The notes: generated from the letters alone by a model not told the origin. Positions 9,596-19,197 are shown, counted from the stretch's first letter. The stretch: DNA of 64,000 bases from a bacterium (GCA_003252295.1 QKEV01000007.1:80139-144138); one strand, 5' to 3'. Translations and numbers: made by a program.

Positions 9596-10106
9596 GATTA
9601 TTGTTGTTTACAGTATCAAAAGATATACGTAGTTCAGGGAAAATCGTGCTTGGTTTTGCATAAGTGACATCTGTTTCTGGTAACACAACACTACCGTCAA
9701 GGGCAAAGTTGTGTGTTCCTTCATTGTACGGTTCTGGTGCATCAGGACCACAAGCATCTCGTATCTCTATCGTAACAGGAACTTTGTCTATACCGTGTTC
9801 TTTGAGGACTTGGATACGATGGTTCCCTGCTTCTAATCGAAGTGTTCTTGATGTGCGTCCCATACGTACAATGAGCGGGTCAAAGAGACCGTTTTCTTTG
9901 ATGTCGTTCCAGAGGTCATCAAGACTGCACAGATTTCCATTTTTTAGGTCAGCTGTTGTGGAAACATCAGTGCCTCGATACTTAAAAACCCAGTCTACAG
10001 GTACGAGTTCCACATACCCCTGCTTACAGAGTTCATGCTCTCTCCATATTTCCTTTACCTGCATTACAAATATAGTAACATTTTTACTCTCCATATGATA
10101 AATCAT
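9585..10106 (-). CDS. ParB/Sulfiredoxin-fold (ParB N-terminal-like nuclease/NTP-binding) domain protein
   Basis: GLFDPLIVRMG...LRLEAGNHRIQVLKEHGIDKVPV matches the ParB-box-like GxHR core. It overlaps the downstream SET gene by 11 nt. Confidence 0.55.
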   Translation of the reverse strand: MIYHMESKNVTIFVMQVKEIWREHELCKQGYVELVPVDWVFKYRGTDVSTTADLKNGNLCSLDDLWNDIKENGLFDPLIVRMGRTSRTLRLEAGNHRIQVLKEHGIDKVPVTIEIRDACGPDAPEPYNEGTHNFALDGSVVLPETDVTYAKPSTIFPELRISFDTVNNNNHEK

Positions 10107-10145
10107 ATGGATGCAAATGATCTACAACACAGGGACATTTCTGGA

Positions 10146-10859
10146 TTATTTCAGTTTTTCAAAAACAACAGGAATTTCAAATGACGCGTCGTTCTCTGGA
10201 AGACCAGATGGGTTATCGTTACGGAAAATGATAGCACCGTTACTGCTTGGTGTATCGGTTGCGAAAGTGTAACCAATGCTACCGCTAAATGGGACAAACT
10301 CTTCGGTCATCCAGTCGCCTTCTGCTGTGATGTATCCTTCACCGATAATGAGTCCATCCCAGTCAACAACGGTAACAGGAGCAGTACCTTCAAAGAACCA
10401 ATACCCACGTGCGCTGCCATATAGTTGTATTGGGTTTGCTACTACACCATCTTCTTGTGGTACATCTACCATGATCTGTTCAGTTGAGGTTGCATCCTTT
10501 GTATCAACAACTAGAACGCAATCAGTGTACTCAACACCCTGAATGGTGATGTTTGCAGTATCCTGATGCTCCCAGAAGCTCACTGTACCATCCTCACTTT
10601 CATAACGTGCCCCAGAAGCAGTCATACTCCTGTTGAGAATGTATGTGTCATCGTTATGTACCAATCTTGCAGCATCAGCGTTTTCGCTGTACTGAATACT
10701 AAAAATATCATTCTGATGAGTGAACTGGTAAACATCCTCTCGATACTGAATCGTGTCTATCACACTTTCCTCAGTCACTACTGTACGTGTACCACTCCAG
10801 TAAAAGTAAGCAACCAAGATCACAAGTAGACCAAGAACTAGTACTACTGCATTTTTCAT
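10146..10859 (-). CDS. Hypothetical secreted / membrane-anchored protein
   Basis: N-terminal TM AVVLVLGLLVILVAYFYW. No motif recognised. Confidence 0.45.
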   Translation of the reverse strand: MKNAVVLVLGLLVILVAYFYWSGTRTVVTEESVIDTIQYREDVYQFTHQNDIFSIQYSENADAARLVHNDDTYILNRSMTASGARYESEDGTVSFWEHQDTANITIQGVEYTDCVLVVDTKDATSTEQIMVDVPQEDGVVANPIQLYGSARGYWFFEGTAPVTVVDWDGLIIGEGYITAEGDWMTEEFVPFSGSIGYTFATDTPSSNGAIIFRNDNPSGLPENDASFEIPVVFEKLK

Positions 10860-10886
10860 ACAATAATGTTCTCACTTTTGCAGTAA

Positions 10887-11357
10887 ATGTCAATCATACA
10901 TACCTATTCCTCACATGGTCGTGCTTGGTATACTTTGAGTATGCAACTTTGGATCATATATGCACTCCTGTCAGCTGTTTTTGCATCGCTTGTAGCTATT
11001 TTAGGTAAAGTTGGCTTAAAAGATATTGATAGTACGCTCGCAACCACGGTACGTGCCTGCATTATGGCAGGTTTCCTGGTACTTCTTACTTTTGTACTAG
11101 GAAAATGGAATGGCTTATCTGAGATACAGAACAAGTCACTCGTTTTCATTTTACTTTCTGGTGTAGCTGGTGCTCTCTCGTGGCTTGCATACTTTGCAGC
11201 GTTGAAAACAGGACCTACGTCAGATGTCAGCGCACTCGATCGCCTTTCGATTGTTTTTGTCTTTGTGTTTGCGGTACTATTTCTTGGAGAAGCGTTCACA
11301 TGGAAAGCAGCACTTGGTGTTGGTCTGATAGTAAGTGGTGCATTTCTGATGCTGTAG
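10887..11357 (+). CDS. EamA/DMT-family small membrane transporter (single EamA domain)
   Basis: 4-5 TM helices. GKVGLKD...TVRACIMAGF is typical EamA sequence. The likely true start is ATG 10941 (MQLWIIY...), 6 nt after TATACT. Confidence 0.6.
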   Translation: MSIIHTYSSHGRAWYTLSMQLWIIYALLSAVFASLVAILGKVGLKDIDSTLATTVRACIMAGFLVLLTFVLGKWNGLSEIQNKSLVFILLSGVAGALSWLAYFAALKTGPTSDVSALDRLSIVFVFVFAVLFLGEAFTWKAALGVGLIVSGAFLML

Positions 11358-11471
11358 CACTTGTGTGCAATACATAAAATTATATAAAGCTGTGTAAAGA
11401 TTTCCATTGTGTGTTTTTAGGGAAAAAATCAGTTATACTTTACCTAACATTTACTCACTAAATTTATAACT

Positions 11472-11885
11472 ATGAAAAAGACACTTTTCACCCTTTCGCT
11501 TCTTGGGCTTGCATTCTCAGGATATCTAGGAGGGGTAAAACTATTTTCAGGTACCTGTGCATTTAACCAGTCATGCCCTTACTTTTTAGGCTACCCGGCA
11601 TGTTTCTACGGTTTCTTCATGTACGTTATTATCACCTTAGCTGCAACGAAGCTCGTATTCTGTAAACGAGGCAATCCTCTTACTGCACTTCCAGTACTCT
11701 ACTGGACCTCGCTTGTGGGCATGATCTTCTCAGGATACTTTGTTGCAGGAGAGTTGCCTGATATCACGACGTGTACCCTTGGTTTTGTGATGTACATTGT
11801 CATCTTTGTAATGACCATCATGATCAAGAAAAATGCATCACAGAGCGACAGTACGCCAGAAATTTCTGATGAAGTAACTGAGTAG
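11472..11885 (+). CDS. Hypothetical polytopic membrane protein, Cys-rich N-terminal loop
   Basis: 4 TM helices with CAFNQSC and CFYG. No confident family. Confidence 0.4.
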   Translation: MKKTLFTLSLLGLAFSGYLGGVKLFSGTCAFNQSCPYFLGYPACFYGFFMYVIITLAATKLVFCKRGNPLTALPVLYWTSLVGMIFSGYFVAGELPDITTCTLGFVMYIVIFVMTIMIKKNASQSDSTPEISDEVTE

Positions 11886-11902
11886 TCTCACTGTATCTGC
11901 AC

Positions 11903-11939
11903 AAAACACCTCGAACGAGTTATGTTCGAGGTGTTTTTT
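11903..11939. terminator. Bidirectional rho-independent terminator
   Basis: aaaacacctcgaac-gagttat-gttcgaggtgtttttt. Confidence 0.6.
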
Positions 11940-11950
11940 ATGTATTACCA

Positions 11951-11974
11951 ATGAACATACCATGGTATGTTCAT
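11951..11974. repeat. Perfect 24-nt palindrome atgaacatacca|tggtatgttcat
   Basis: Exact inverted repeat in the intergenic region downstream of the ABC-F gene. Confidence 0.6.
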
Positions 11975-12153
11975 TCATCGTAACAATTTTTTGCACCGCA
12001 CCATGGGCAGTGCCACTCTTTTCGTGTCTTGGGTGCATCACCAATAGACCACCACTTGTTGCACTCCTTGCATGTGAAATGGTAAATGACTTCCATACTT
12101 TTTGTACCTTTCTCTGCTTTTTTGGTTTTAGGGTCTGTTGTCACGTTGTATTT

Positions 12154-13632
12154 TTAAGCTTTACCAAGCTCTAGTGTTTCGTTGAGACGTATCTGTGAAG
12201 TGAACTCAGGTACATGGGAGACTAAGAGCATCGCGCCTTCAAACTTGTCGAGTGCGCGTGCAATGACCGGTATGTGCCTGAAGTTGATATGGTTCGTTGG
12301 TTCATCAAGTATCAAGAGTCCCGGCTTTAGGAGTACCAGACGAGCAAATGCAACCAAACCTTTCTGTCCTTCGGAAAGTAAGCCGATCTTTGTATGTATC
12401 ACATCACTCGTGAGAAGAAACCCTGCAGCAACTGAACGCATCTCCTCTTGCAACTGCACATCCATAACTTCAAGCAAGCAATCATAGACTGTTTGATCAA
12501 AGTCCAAGTTTGAAAAGTCCTGTCGGTAGTACCCAATACGCACACCCTGTTCTACCAGCTCACCATCAGCATGACCTGATGCAAGTGACTCAAGAAGCGT
12601 CGTCTTTCCGATACCATTTGGACCAACAATGTGTACATGATCGTTTCGTTTAACTGAAAAGTCACACGTAACCTTCTTAGGTACGTGGTCACGTATCACC
12701 TTGTATGAGGTGAGGTGCAGCACTTTTGCAGGTAAGTCTTTTTGTGTGGGAATAGTAAAGTCACGGATTGTTTTGTCATCTCTTCGGACATCAACCTTGT
12801 TTGCTTCGTGCTCTTCAACTTTTTCACGCATGCGTTTAGCAACCAAGCGCAGCTTTCCTCCCTTGTGTGCAAAGTAGTTCGCCTTCTCCTTGTTTGCGAG
12901 AATATCCTTTTCAAGTTGCGCATTCTTCCGCCTCTCCTTTTCCACCTGTGCCGCTATCTCCTTTACCACATCATGATAGTCACCTGTGTATCGTTCAATG
13001 TTCCTTGTTTGTACATTCAAGTAGAGCACGCCTTCGGTAAAAGCATTGAGAAAATCAGCATCATGAGAAATAACGATTACTGTTTTTCGGTACTCCTTGA
13101 GAAACTTAGTGAGATGTTCGATACCTTCACGATCAAGGTTGTTGGTTGGTTCATCTAAGAGTAGTACATCAGGGTTTTGTATGAGCGCAGAAGCAAGAAG
13201 CAGTCGCGCCTGCTGTCCACCAGAGAAACTACCGACAATGCGATCCTTGAACTCACTCGCTACACTCGCCTTTTTAGGAGCAAGATTCACCACCTCAAGT
13301 ATTTCGTCGATCTTTACATCAATGTTGTACATCTTTTCTGTAAAGCATTTCTCAAAATACGCTCGCAAAGTAAGGTCAAGATCACTGCGCGGTATCACCT
13401 GCTTTGCTGTTGCAATACTTGTACGTGGAGCAATAGAAATTTTCCCAGTATCTGGTTTGAGCACACCTGTGATGAGCCCAAAGAGTGTGCTTTTTCCAGC
13501 ACCGTTTTGCCCCATAAGTGTGAGCTTAGCACCACGACGAACTGAAAAACTCGCCTCATGCAAGATGGGTTTTAGGTCAACATGCTCAAATGAGACGTTG
13601 TTAAAATTTATAAATCCTTCACGTTGTGACAT
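12154..13632 (-). CDS. ABC-F family ATPase (two tandem ABC nucleotide-binding domains, no TM domain)
   Basis: Two Walker A motifs (GQNGAGKST, GPNGIGKTT). Two signature motifs (FSGGQQARL, LSEGQKGLV). Two Walker B motifs (LLLDEPTN, LILDEPTN). Confidence 0.85.
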   Translation of the reverse strand: MSQREGFINFNNVSFEHVDLKPILHEASFSVRRGAKLTLMGQNGAGKSTLFGLITGVLKPDTGKISIAPRTSIATAKQVIPRSDLDLTLRAYFEKCFTEKMYNIDVKIDEILEVVNLAPKKASVASEFKDRIVGSFSGGQQARLLLASALIQNPDVLLLDEPTNNLDREGIEHLTKFLKEYRKTVIVISHDADFLNAFTEGVLYLNVQTRNIERYTGDYHDVVKEIAAQVEKERRKNAQLEKDILANKEKANYFAHKGGKLRLVAKRMREKVEEHEANKVDVRRDDKTIRDFTIPTQKDLPAKVLHLTSYKVIRDHVPKKVTCDFSVKRNDHVHIVGPNGIGKTTLLESLASGHADGELVEQGVRIGYYRQDFSNLDFDQTVYDCLLEVMDVQLQEEMRSVAAGFLLTSDVIHTKIGLLSEGQKGLVAFARLVLLKPGLLILDEPTNHINFRHIPVIARALDKFEGAMLLVSHVPEFTSQIRLNETLELGKA

Positions 13633-13775
13633 AGTGCCAAAGGATACACTAGACGGTACATAGAATCAATTAAGTTATATGTAGTTTACATAAGAAAGAA
13701 TCCTGTACATTTCTGCACAGGATTTTTCTTGTACTCTTATTCGTTTGCTATAGGTAACCTTGTAACAGGTACTTT

Positions 13776-15956
13776 CTATATTCCATCTGTAATAGTGTTA
13801 CCGTGTGCATCGATACTGCAACCGATTTGGTTATATCCTTCAAAGATATCTTTCAAGGCATTGTAGTCTTGCTTGGTACCATCAGGATAGATATCATTGA
13901 ATGCATTGATGATCTCGTCAGTTGACATTGGGTACGGTACATCAGTATGAGCCGCATTTAGGAGTGCTGCTACTGTATGACGTCCAAGCGCAATGAGTCC
14001 TCCTCCACCTTGTCCTAGTACATCCAGAAGAGTGCTACCTGGGAATGCGTCCTCAAAGTAGGTTGCAAAAAGATCATCCGACATATACGGGTTAGCCCAG
14101 AGTTCAGTGTGGTTTTTCCAGAAACCTGGTGTACAACCAGCAAACTCAAGTGTCTCAATACTGATCGTGTGTGCATCATCATCCATAATCTCATTTGGGA
14201 ATCCTTCTGGGTTGTAGAGCACATCTACAATGTTAACAAGTGGATTTGGGTCTGACCCTTGTATCGTGTAATCAACTGTAAAGTTACAGCTATCACCAAA
14301 ACCAAGTGTGTCACAACCTGCATTTGTTGCTTCAGTAGTGATGTCACCTATCACATCATCAAGCACACTCACCAGTATAAGATCTGGCGCATCACTAGAA
14401 CTCATATTCTCTATGGTGTAGTCGTACGTAACCGTGTCACCTACCGCTGCCGTACTTGGACCATTCTTGGTGACCATAACTGATGGCTGGAAGAGGTTAA
14501 GTGAGTGCGTATCACTACTTGAAACCTCGGCACCATCAAGACCTTCCATGGTGTTGTAGAGTACTGTAACCTCGTTCTCTAGAGGATCATTTGCACCTTC
14601 AGGAACGGTAAACAGCACGTCAAACTGACAGCTTTCACCTGCCGCAAGAAATGCACATCCTGCGTCTGTGGCATCTGAGGTTAGGTCTCCGATAACATCA
14701 TCATCTACACTCTCCATAAAGAGATCAGTATCACCCTGGTTTGTAATGGTGAAGCTGTAGGTGGTGTCATCTCCGATTTTTGATAGGTTGTCACCCGTCT
14801 TTTCAACGAGAATAGACGGGTTTGAACAGGTAACGGTTACCAACGCATCATCACTCTGACCGGTTTCTGTGATCGTAGCAATGTTTGGACGCTCACCTTC
14901 ATCTCTATCACAAGCAAACTCAACATCGTAGTTATACGTTGTGTCATCATTAGTCATTACAGGGTCACCACCATTCTGTGCCGCAAACTCACCATTGGTA
15001 TCAGTAATGGTCACTTCATCGAAACCAATAATGTTTGGGTTCACGCCTGCAAAATCAATGTCTGCCGTACCTGAACCACCAGAGACCAAACTTCCATTTG
15101 TTACCTCTACGGTAGCGGTGTTCGTGCGTGTTGTGTCATCTGGCAGCATAGATGTGTACTCACATTCAAGGGTCTCACCTGGAGCTAGTTCGAACGGAAA
15201 GTCTACACCACAAGTAACCTCATCTGCATCACCATAACCATCTATCACATCAGACACACTTTCGATGTAGGCAACTTCTGAATCATTCGGATTGTAAATA
15301 GTAATGGTTCCAGTCACGGCATAGTTGTCATCAACTGTCGTTTTGTCTACGCCGATGGTGTACGTTGAAGTGTCACTTTGTCCTGTTAGAAGGTTGTGCG
15401 TGTCTACATCAACATCTTTTGTTATATCCCACGTAAAAGTGCGGTCAAAGCTTGGTACCGCATCTTTTGAAACTTCCAAGCTAATCACCTCATTCACTGA
15501 TGCGTTCTTAGAACCACTTGAATTAAGGTCAGTAATCGCTTTGAGTGTTCCATCCCATGTTACATTTGCTGTCCAAAGCCCCCCTACCATGTCTGCTGCA
15601 TCAGCAATGTACGGTACACTACCGATAGCTGCGGTTGGTGTTGGGTTTGGGTAGTTTGCAGGACCAAAGTCTGTGGTACTACCATCAGGAAGTGTAACGG
15701 TTACGGTACGGTTCTCAATATCACAACCATCAAGACTTGCCGGGTTTCCAGCACTTACGGTAAAGGTAATTGTTTCTCCTTCTTCAGCGACAATTTTATC
15801 TGAAGAAATATTGACAACACTGTTGTCAGCACTACAGCCAGTTGGAGATTCTGCTAGTGCCACTTGTGCAAAGCCAAATGATAAAACAGCAAAAACAAGT
15901 CCAGTGACTGCCATGCTGAGTCTTAAAAGCTTTGCCGATATACTCGGTAAATACAT
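13776..15956 (-). CDS. Large secreted surface protein with internal DUF11-like repeats
   Basis: Signal peptide/TM. Repeated blocks (...TITNQGDTDL..., VLYNTMEGLD / VLYNPEGFPNE, ATDAGC / ATNAGC). T/D/G-rich beta-repeat composition. Confidence 0.6.
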   Translation of the reverse strand: MYLPSISAKLLRLSMAVTGLVFAVLSFGFAQVALAESPTGCSADNSVVNISSDKIVAEEGETITFTVSAGNPASLDGCDIENRTVTVTLPDGSTTDFGPANYPNPTPTAAIGSVPYIADAADMVGGLWTANVTWDGTLKAITDLNSSGSKNASVNEVISLEVSKDAVPSFDRTFTWDITKDVDVDTHNLLTGQSDTSTYTIGVDKTTVDDNYAVTGTITIYNPNDSEVAYIESVSDVIDGYGDADEVTCGVDFPFELAPGETLECEYTSMLPDDTTRTNTATVEVTNGSLVSGGSGTADIDFAGVNPNIIGFDEVTITDTNGEFAAQNGGDPVMTNDDTTYNYDVEFACDRDEGERPNIATITETGQSDDALVTVTCSNPSILVEKTGDNLSKIGDDTTYSFTITNQGDTDLFMESVDDDVIGDLTSDATDAGCAFLAAGESCQFDVLFTVPEGANDPLENEVTVLYNTMEGLDGAEVSSSDTHSLNLFQPSVMVTKNGPSTAAVGDTVTYDYTIENMSSSDAPDLILVSVLDDVIGDITTEATNAGCDTLGFGDSCNFTVDYTIQGSDPNPLVNIVDVLYNPEGFPNEIMDDDAHTISIETLEFAGCTPGFWKNHTELWANPYMSDDLFATYFEDAFPGSTLLDVLGQGGGGLIALGRHTVAALLNAAHTDVPYPMSTDEIINAFNDIYPDGTKQDYNALKDIFEGYNQIGCSIDAHGNTITDGI

Positions 15957-16248
15957 AAGCCAAAGTATTATCTAATAATGCTACTAATAACGAATAAGAG
16001 ACATTATCAATAACATGCTTTCGTAATGGTGATGGTCTGAAGTGAAGTCAAATACGCACTATCATAGTGTCGTGCGAAGAGCGGTCACTCGTCCTAAAAC
16101 TTTCACAACTGAGGTAGAGGTTCTGTTACTTCTCAGTCTATGCTAATAAAGGAAACCGTCTAGTTGACAAATATTTCTATAATGACACAGTCGGAAAATT
16201 TATAGTTTATACAGAACACAAACTAACCACGAAGCATGTTGTACATCA

Positions 16249-16707
16249 CTACTTCGTTTCTACAATAAGTTTTCCCACCATTCCCATCTGACGATGCTGT
16301 CCTACAGAACAGTAGTACTCATACTCACCTGCCTTGTCAGCAACAAACGTTACTGACGTCACAGTACCGGGGTTGACCTGTAGGGTTGATGCATTGAACT
16401 CATCAACCACCCAATCATGAAACCCGTCTTTCGACTCAAAGTTGATAGTGACCGTATCACCCTCTTGTACAGTGATTTCAGTTACATCAAAGGCAAAGTT
16501 GGTTCCAGAAACATTAAAAATAACGTTTCCAGTATCATCTTCTACCATTGTTTCAGGTACAGCTTGCTGCTCGACCGTTGTCGTAGTAGCCGGCACCTGC
16601 TCATCCTTTGAAGACGTGAATACAAATACACCTGCCAAGAGAACCAAAATGATTCCGACAATAATGTATGTAGACCTCATAGTACTAATGATTAATCTAA
16701 TAATCAC
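16249..16707 (-). CDS. Membrane-anchored cupredoxin (plastocyanin/azurin-like type-1 blue copper protein)
   Basis: N-terminal TM. Cu ligands FHDW (His) and YEYYCSVGQHRQMGM (Cys-x4-His-x2-Met). Confidence 0.7.
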   Translation of the reverse strand: MIIRLIISTMRSTYIIVGIILVLLAGVFVFTSSKDEQVPATTTTVEQQAVPETMVEDDTGNVIFNVSGTNFAFDVTEITVQEGDTVTINFESKDGFHDWVVDEFNASTLQVNPGTVTSVTFVADKAGEYEYYCSVGQHRQMGMVGKLIVETK

Positions 16708-16796
16708 GTTCCCTTGTCCTAATGCACCACTAGGAGTGAATGTGTTACCTGTAGTATATCAAAAGTGTTAAAAAAGAAAAATCACCTGATTATTTT

Positions 16797-17684
16797 TTAA
16801 TTAAGGAAGTTGGCAAGTTTTCTTGTTGCTCCTTTCCCAAAGGTACTATCTATAAGTCTAACAAAAGGCAGTATGTTACCAGTTACTTGTGCCTTAATAA
16901 AAATATCAATAATCTCTTTCTTATTTGTAAATCGACTTTCGTCCTTAGAAAAAATAAGATCTACAAACTCAAGAAATCTTTTTACTTCTTTTTGTCTGCT
17001 TGTATCAACAGTTTTACCACTCTCGTTAAGTAACTCAAGTTCTTCCTTAAACATCTCGTCATTTTGTATAACTTCGTTAAAAAATCTTTTTGTCATGTAT
17101 CCAGTAAGTGCTTCATCAACTGGTCCAAGAAGTTTATCTTCAGCATTTTGACGACTAAAAATATGTAAACCAGTGCGATAGTTTTGCAACATCCCCTCCT
17201 TTGTTATCTGTAGAGCATTATATGAAGCAAGTCTGTGCCAAAGTTCATGAAAGGTTGTGATTGCTGTCTCAATATCAGATCTACGATCAATTTTCACCTC
17301 ACCAAAAAATGATGAATGACTGCCTTGTAGTAATCTTCCTCCAGAAATCTTTTCTAGTGAACCTTCTTTAAGTAAGTGAATATGTTCATCAGTTATGTTT
17401 ACAAACTCATCTTTACCATACTGTTTCGCATACTCGATTACCGTGTTTTTTACCAGTGCGATCAGTTCCAGATCTTCGGGAGTTTTTTTAAGTTCATATT
17501 TCTTGTACTTACTTGCACCTACTTCTCTATACACCTTTTCAAGAATTACTTCTGGGTCAGTGATCAAAGTCCCATTATCAGAATAGATGCAGTCATGTAA
17601 CCGTGTTTCTAACTCCATATAGTCCATATCATTTTCAGAACCCACTAGTTTTTCGTAGTGTGAATTTAGAAACTTTTCACTCAT
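16797..17684 (-). CDS. HExxH-motif protein, putative zincin-like metallopeptidase. Paralog of the 20211..21149 gene.
   Basis: ITTFHELWHRLAS, then NYRTGLHIFS, then C-terminal TFGKG. These are alignable to LLHEMTHYVS / ARTGYKIVS / SFGKK in the paralog. Leaderless start (TATACT-N7-ATG). Confidence 0.55.
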   Translation of the reverse strand: MSEKFLNSHYEKLVGSENDMDYMELETRLHDCIYSDNGTLITDPEVILEKVYREVGASKYKKYELKKTPEDLELIALVKNTVIEYAKQYGKDEFVNITDEHIHLLKEGSLEKISGGRLLQGSHSSFFGEVKIDRRSDIETAITTFHELWHRLASYNALQITKEGMLQNYRTGLHIFSRQNAEDKLLGPVDEALTGYMTKRFFNEVIQNDEMFKEELELLNESGKTVDTSRQKEVKRFLEFVDLIFSKDESRFTNKKEIIDIFIKAQVTGNILPFVRLIDSTFGKGATRKLANFLN

Positions 17685-17755
17685 TTACAAAGTATACATA
17701 CTACACCTTACTGTTGCCAGGTTGTTGTAGAGTACTAGAATATGTATATAAAAAA

Positions 17756-17786
17756 CAGGGAGAGCTGCTAAACTCTCCCTTTTTTG
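17756..17786. terminator. Bidirectional rho-independent terminator
   Basis: aaaaaa-cagggagag-ctgctaaa-ctctccct-tttttt. Confidence 0.65.
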
Positions 17787-17789
17787 ATT

Positions 17790-18240
17790 CCCAGAACCTA
17801 GGATGTGTTGTTTCCAACAAACACCGTTAAGCGGTCAACTGGGTCCATGTTCCCGTGATGTAGCACCAACCAAACTGGAAAAACTATTCGTTATTCTTAC
17901 CCAAAAAATTCTTCCGTCAGTTGCACCACTCGAAGCTTCGGTACTAGGCTACGCCTTCGCCTTCCTACACTGCCGCACCTCAAAGGTAGGTTGCCAGATT
18001 TAAAGACCTTAGCTGTCGATCTGTATCACCCGCGACTTAGTTTACAAAGTAAACACACTACTACCATAACTCCTGGTTGTCACGTTATAGTGACCTCTCG
18101 TTCCGCAGAACTTAAAACATGGAAAGACCTACTAAACAAGTTATAAGAAATGTTAAATTATTACAAGTTTACAAACAGCAGTAAGTATTATGATTTCATT
18201 TATTTATCAGTTCCCTTCTAATAAAGCTACAAAGAGTTAA
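17790..18240. ncRNA. Candidate structured non-coding RNA of unknown identity and unresolved strand
   Basis: About 450 nt with no credible ORF in a compact genome. It is bracketed by two strong intrinsic terminators (17756-17786, 18241-18271). A degenerate copy of the island leader motif lies at 17805-17825 on the + strand. Confidence 0.3.
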
Positions 18241-18271
18241 GCGCCATACCGTGAAAAGGTGTGGCGCTTTT
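18241..18271 (+). terminator. Rho-independent terminator (+ orientation)
   Basis: gcgccatacc-gtgaaaa-ggtgtggcgc followed by ttttat. Confidence 0.6.
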
Positions 18272-18728
18272 ATAAAAAATACCGTGGAGAAATTCTTCCT
18301 TTAGGGTTTCCGGTACAAAAAATGCACCATTTCACATCTCTAAGAGATGTCGTATCGGAGTGTCGTCCTTCGCGATACAGCTCAAAGTCTGTATCCAACT
18401 TAACTCCGCGATGCTACCGGTTGCTTCCACCCTCCTTTTGGGGAAGATGTACTCTGGATACCACATAGGTAAAAGTTGATCTTGAGACGGTTTTCTCTCG
18501 CGACCGCGTTTAGTCCGTGTTTGTGGTCCAACAACCCCTGGTAAACCAGGTTTGCCCTGTTCCCATTTCAGATTTCCGTGGTCATCTGTCCCGAGAATCG
18601 ATTTTTTCTTTCTTGAAAGAACTCGCTCCATACTTAAAATAGCATATCCAATCATCAATGCAAATCATTTTTAAGTACTGGCTGTCCCCCCTTCGTTGAA
18701 GCTACAGCGGATAAAATCTGGGACAATG

Positions 18729-19151
18729 TTAGAACTTTTTTGCTAACAGATGCAAATGTTTAACAATGTTTGCAATTGACATCCAAATTCCGAGAGTAAT
18801 AAACACAATTAAAAGATAAAAGAAAGTGGTATCAATATCTGAGTATCCTATCATTTCTCCAGAATGTTGAGTATTACTTGATAATGAAAATACAGCACCA
18901 TATGAAATGTAAAAGTAACCTGTAATTATTAACAGCAACACTCTTGAGAGTAAAAAAAGTACCGACATAATATTTTTAGGAATTTTAAGCTGCTTCTTGA
19001 ATATCAATATAATCATCAACATTGGTGATACACCAAAAGACAATACCAAGAACCAAAAGAAATTTCCAAAATATATTACACTACTCAAAAAAAGAACATC
19101 AAAAGTTAAGTACACTTTCGATTTAGTTTGTATTGGTGAAGTATTTTTCAT
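18729..19151 (-). CDS. Small polytopic membrane protein, hypothetical (island gene D)
   Basis: 140 aa, about 4 TM helices. Preceded by the conserved leader ...CAGTTCCGAGTCCTAGGTTGTTTGTGTATATACT-GAGATT-ATG. Confidence 0.5.
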   Translation of the reverse strand: MKNTSPIQTKSKVYLTFDVLFLSSVIYFGNFFWFLVLSFGVSPMLMIILIFKKQLKIPKNIMSVLFLLSRVLLLIITGYFYISYGAVFSLSSNTQHSGEMIGYSDIDTTFFYLLIVFITLGIWMSIANIVKHLHLLAKKF

Positions 19152-19197
19152 AATCTCAGTATATACACAAACAACCTAGGACTCGGAACTGGGTCGA

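Noticed and set aside
11472-11885. Membrane protein as VKOR or DsbB-like disulfide oxidoreductase
   Set aside because: It has a C-x5-C loop pair but no CxxC redox motif in a TM helix. The family assignment is not supported.
18259-18658. ORFs 18259-18468 (+) and 18332-18658 (-) considered as protein genes
   Set aside because: They overlap each other on opposite strands. They sit in a hairpin-rich region bounded by terminators, have no start-codon context like other genes, and have basic low-complexity translations. More likely RNA.
17800-18700. Attempted assignment to RNase P RNA, tmRNA or SRP RNA
   Set aside because: I could not find the P4 (AGGAAAGUCCGGGCUCC / ACAGAAxxCGGCUUA) elements. 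I also found no tmRNA tag-peptide, T-arm or ACCA end, and no SRP GGAAGCAG domain IV. Left as unclassified RNA candidate.
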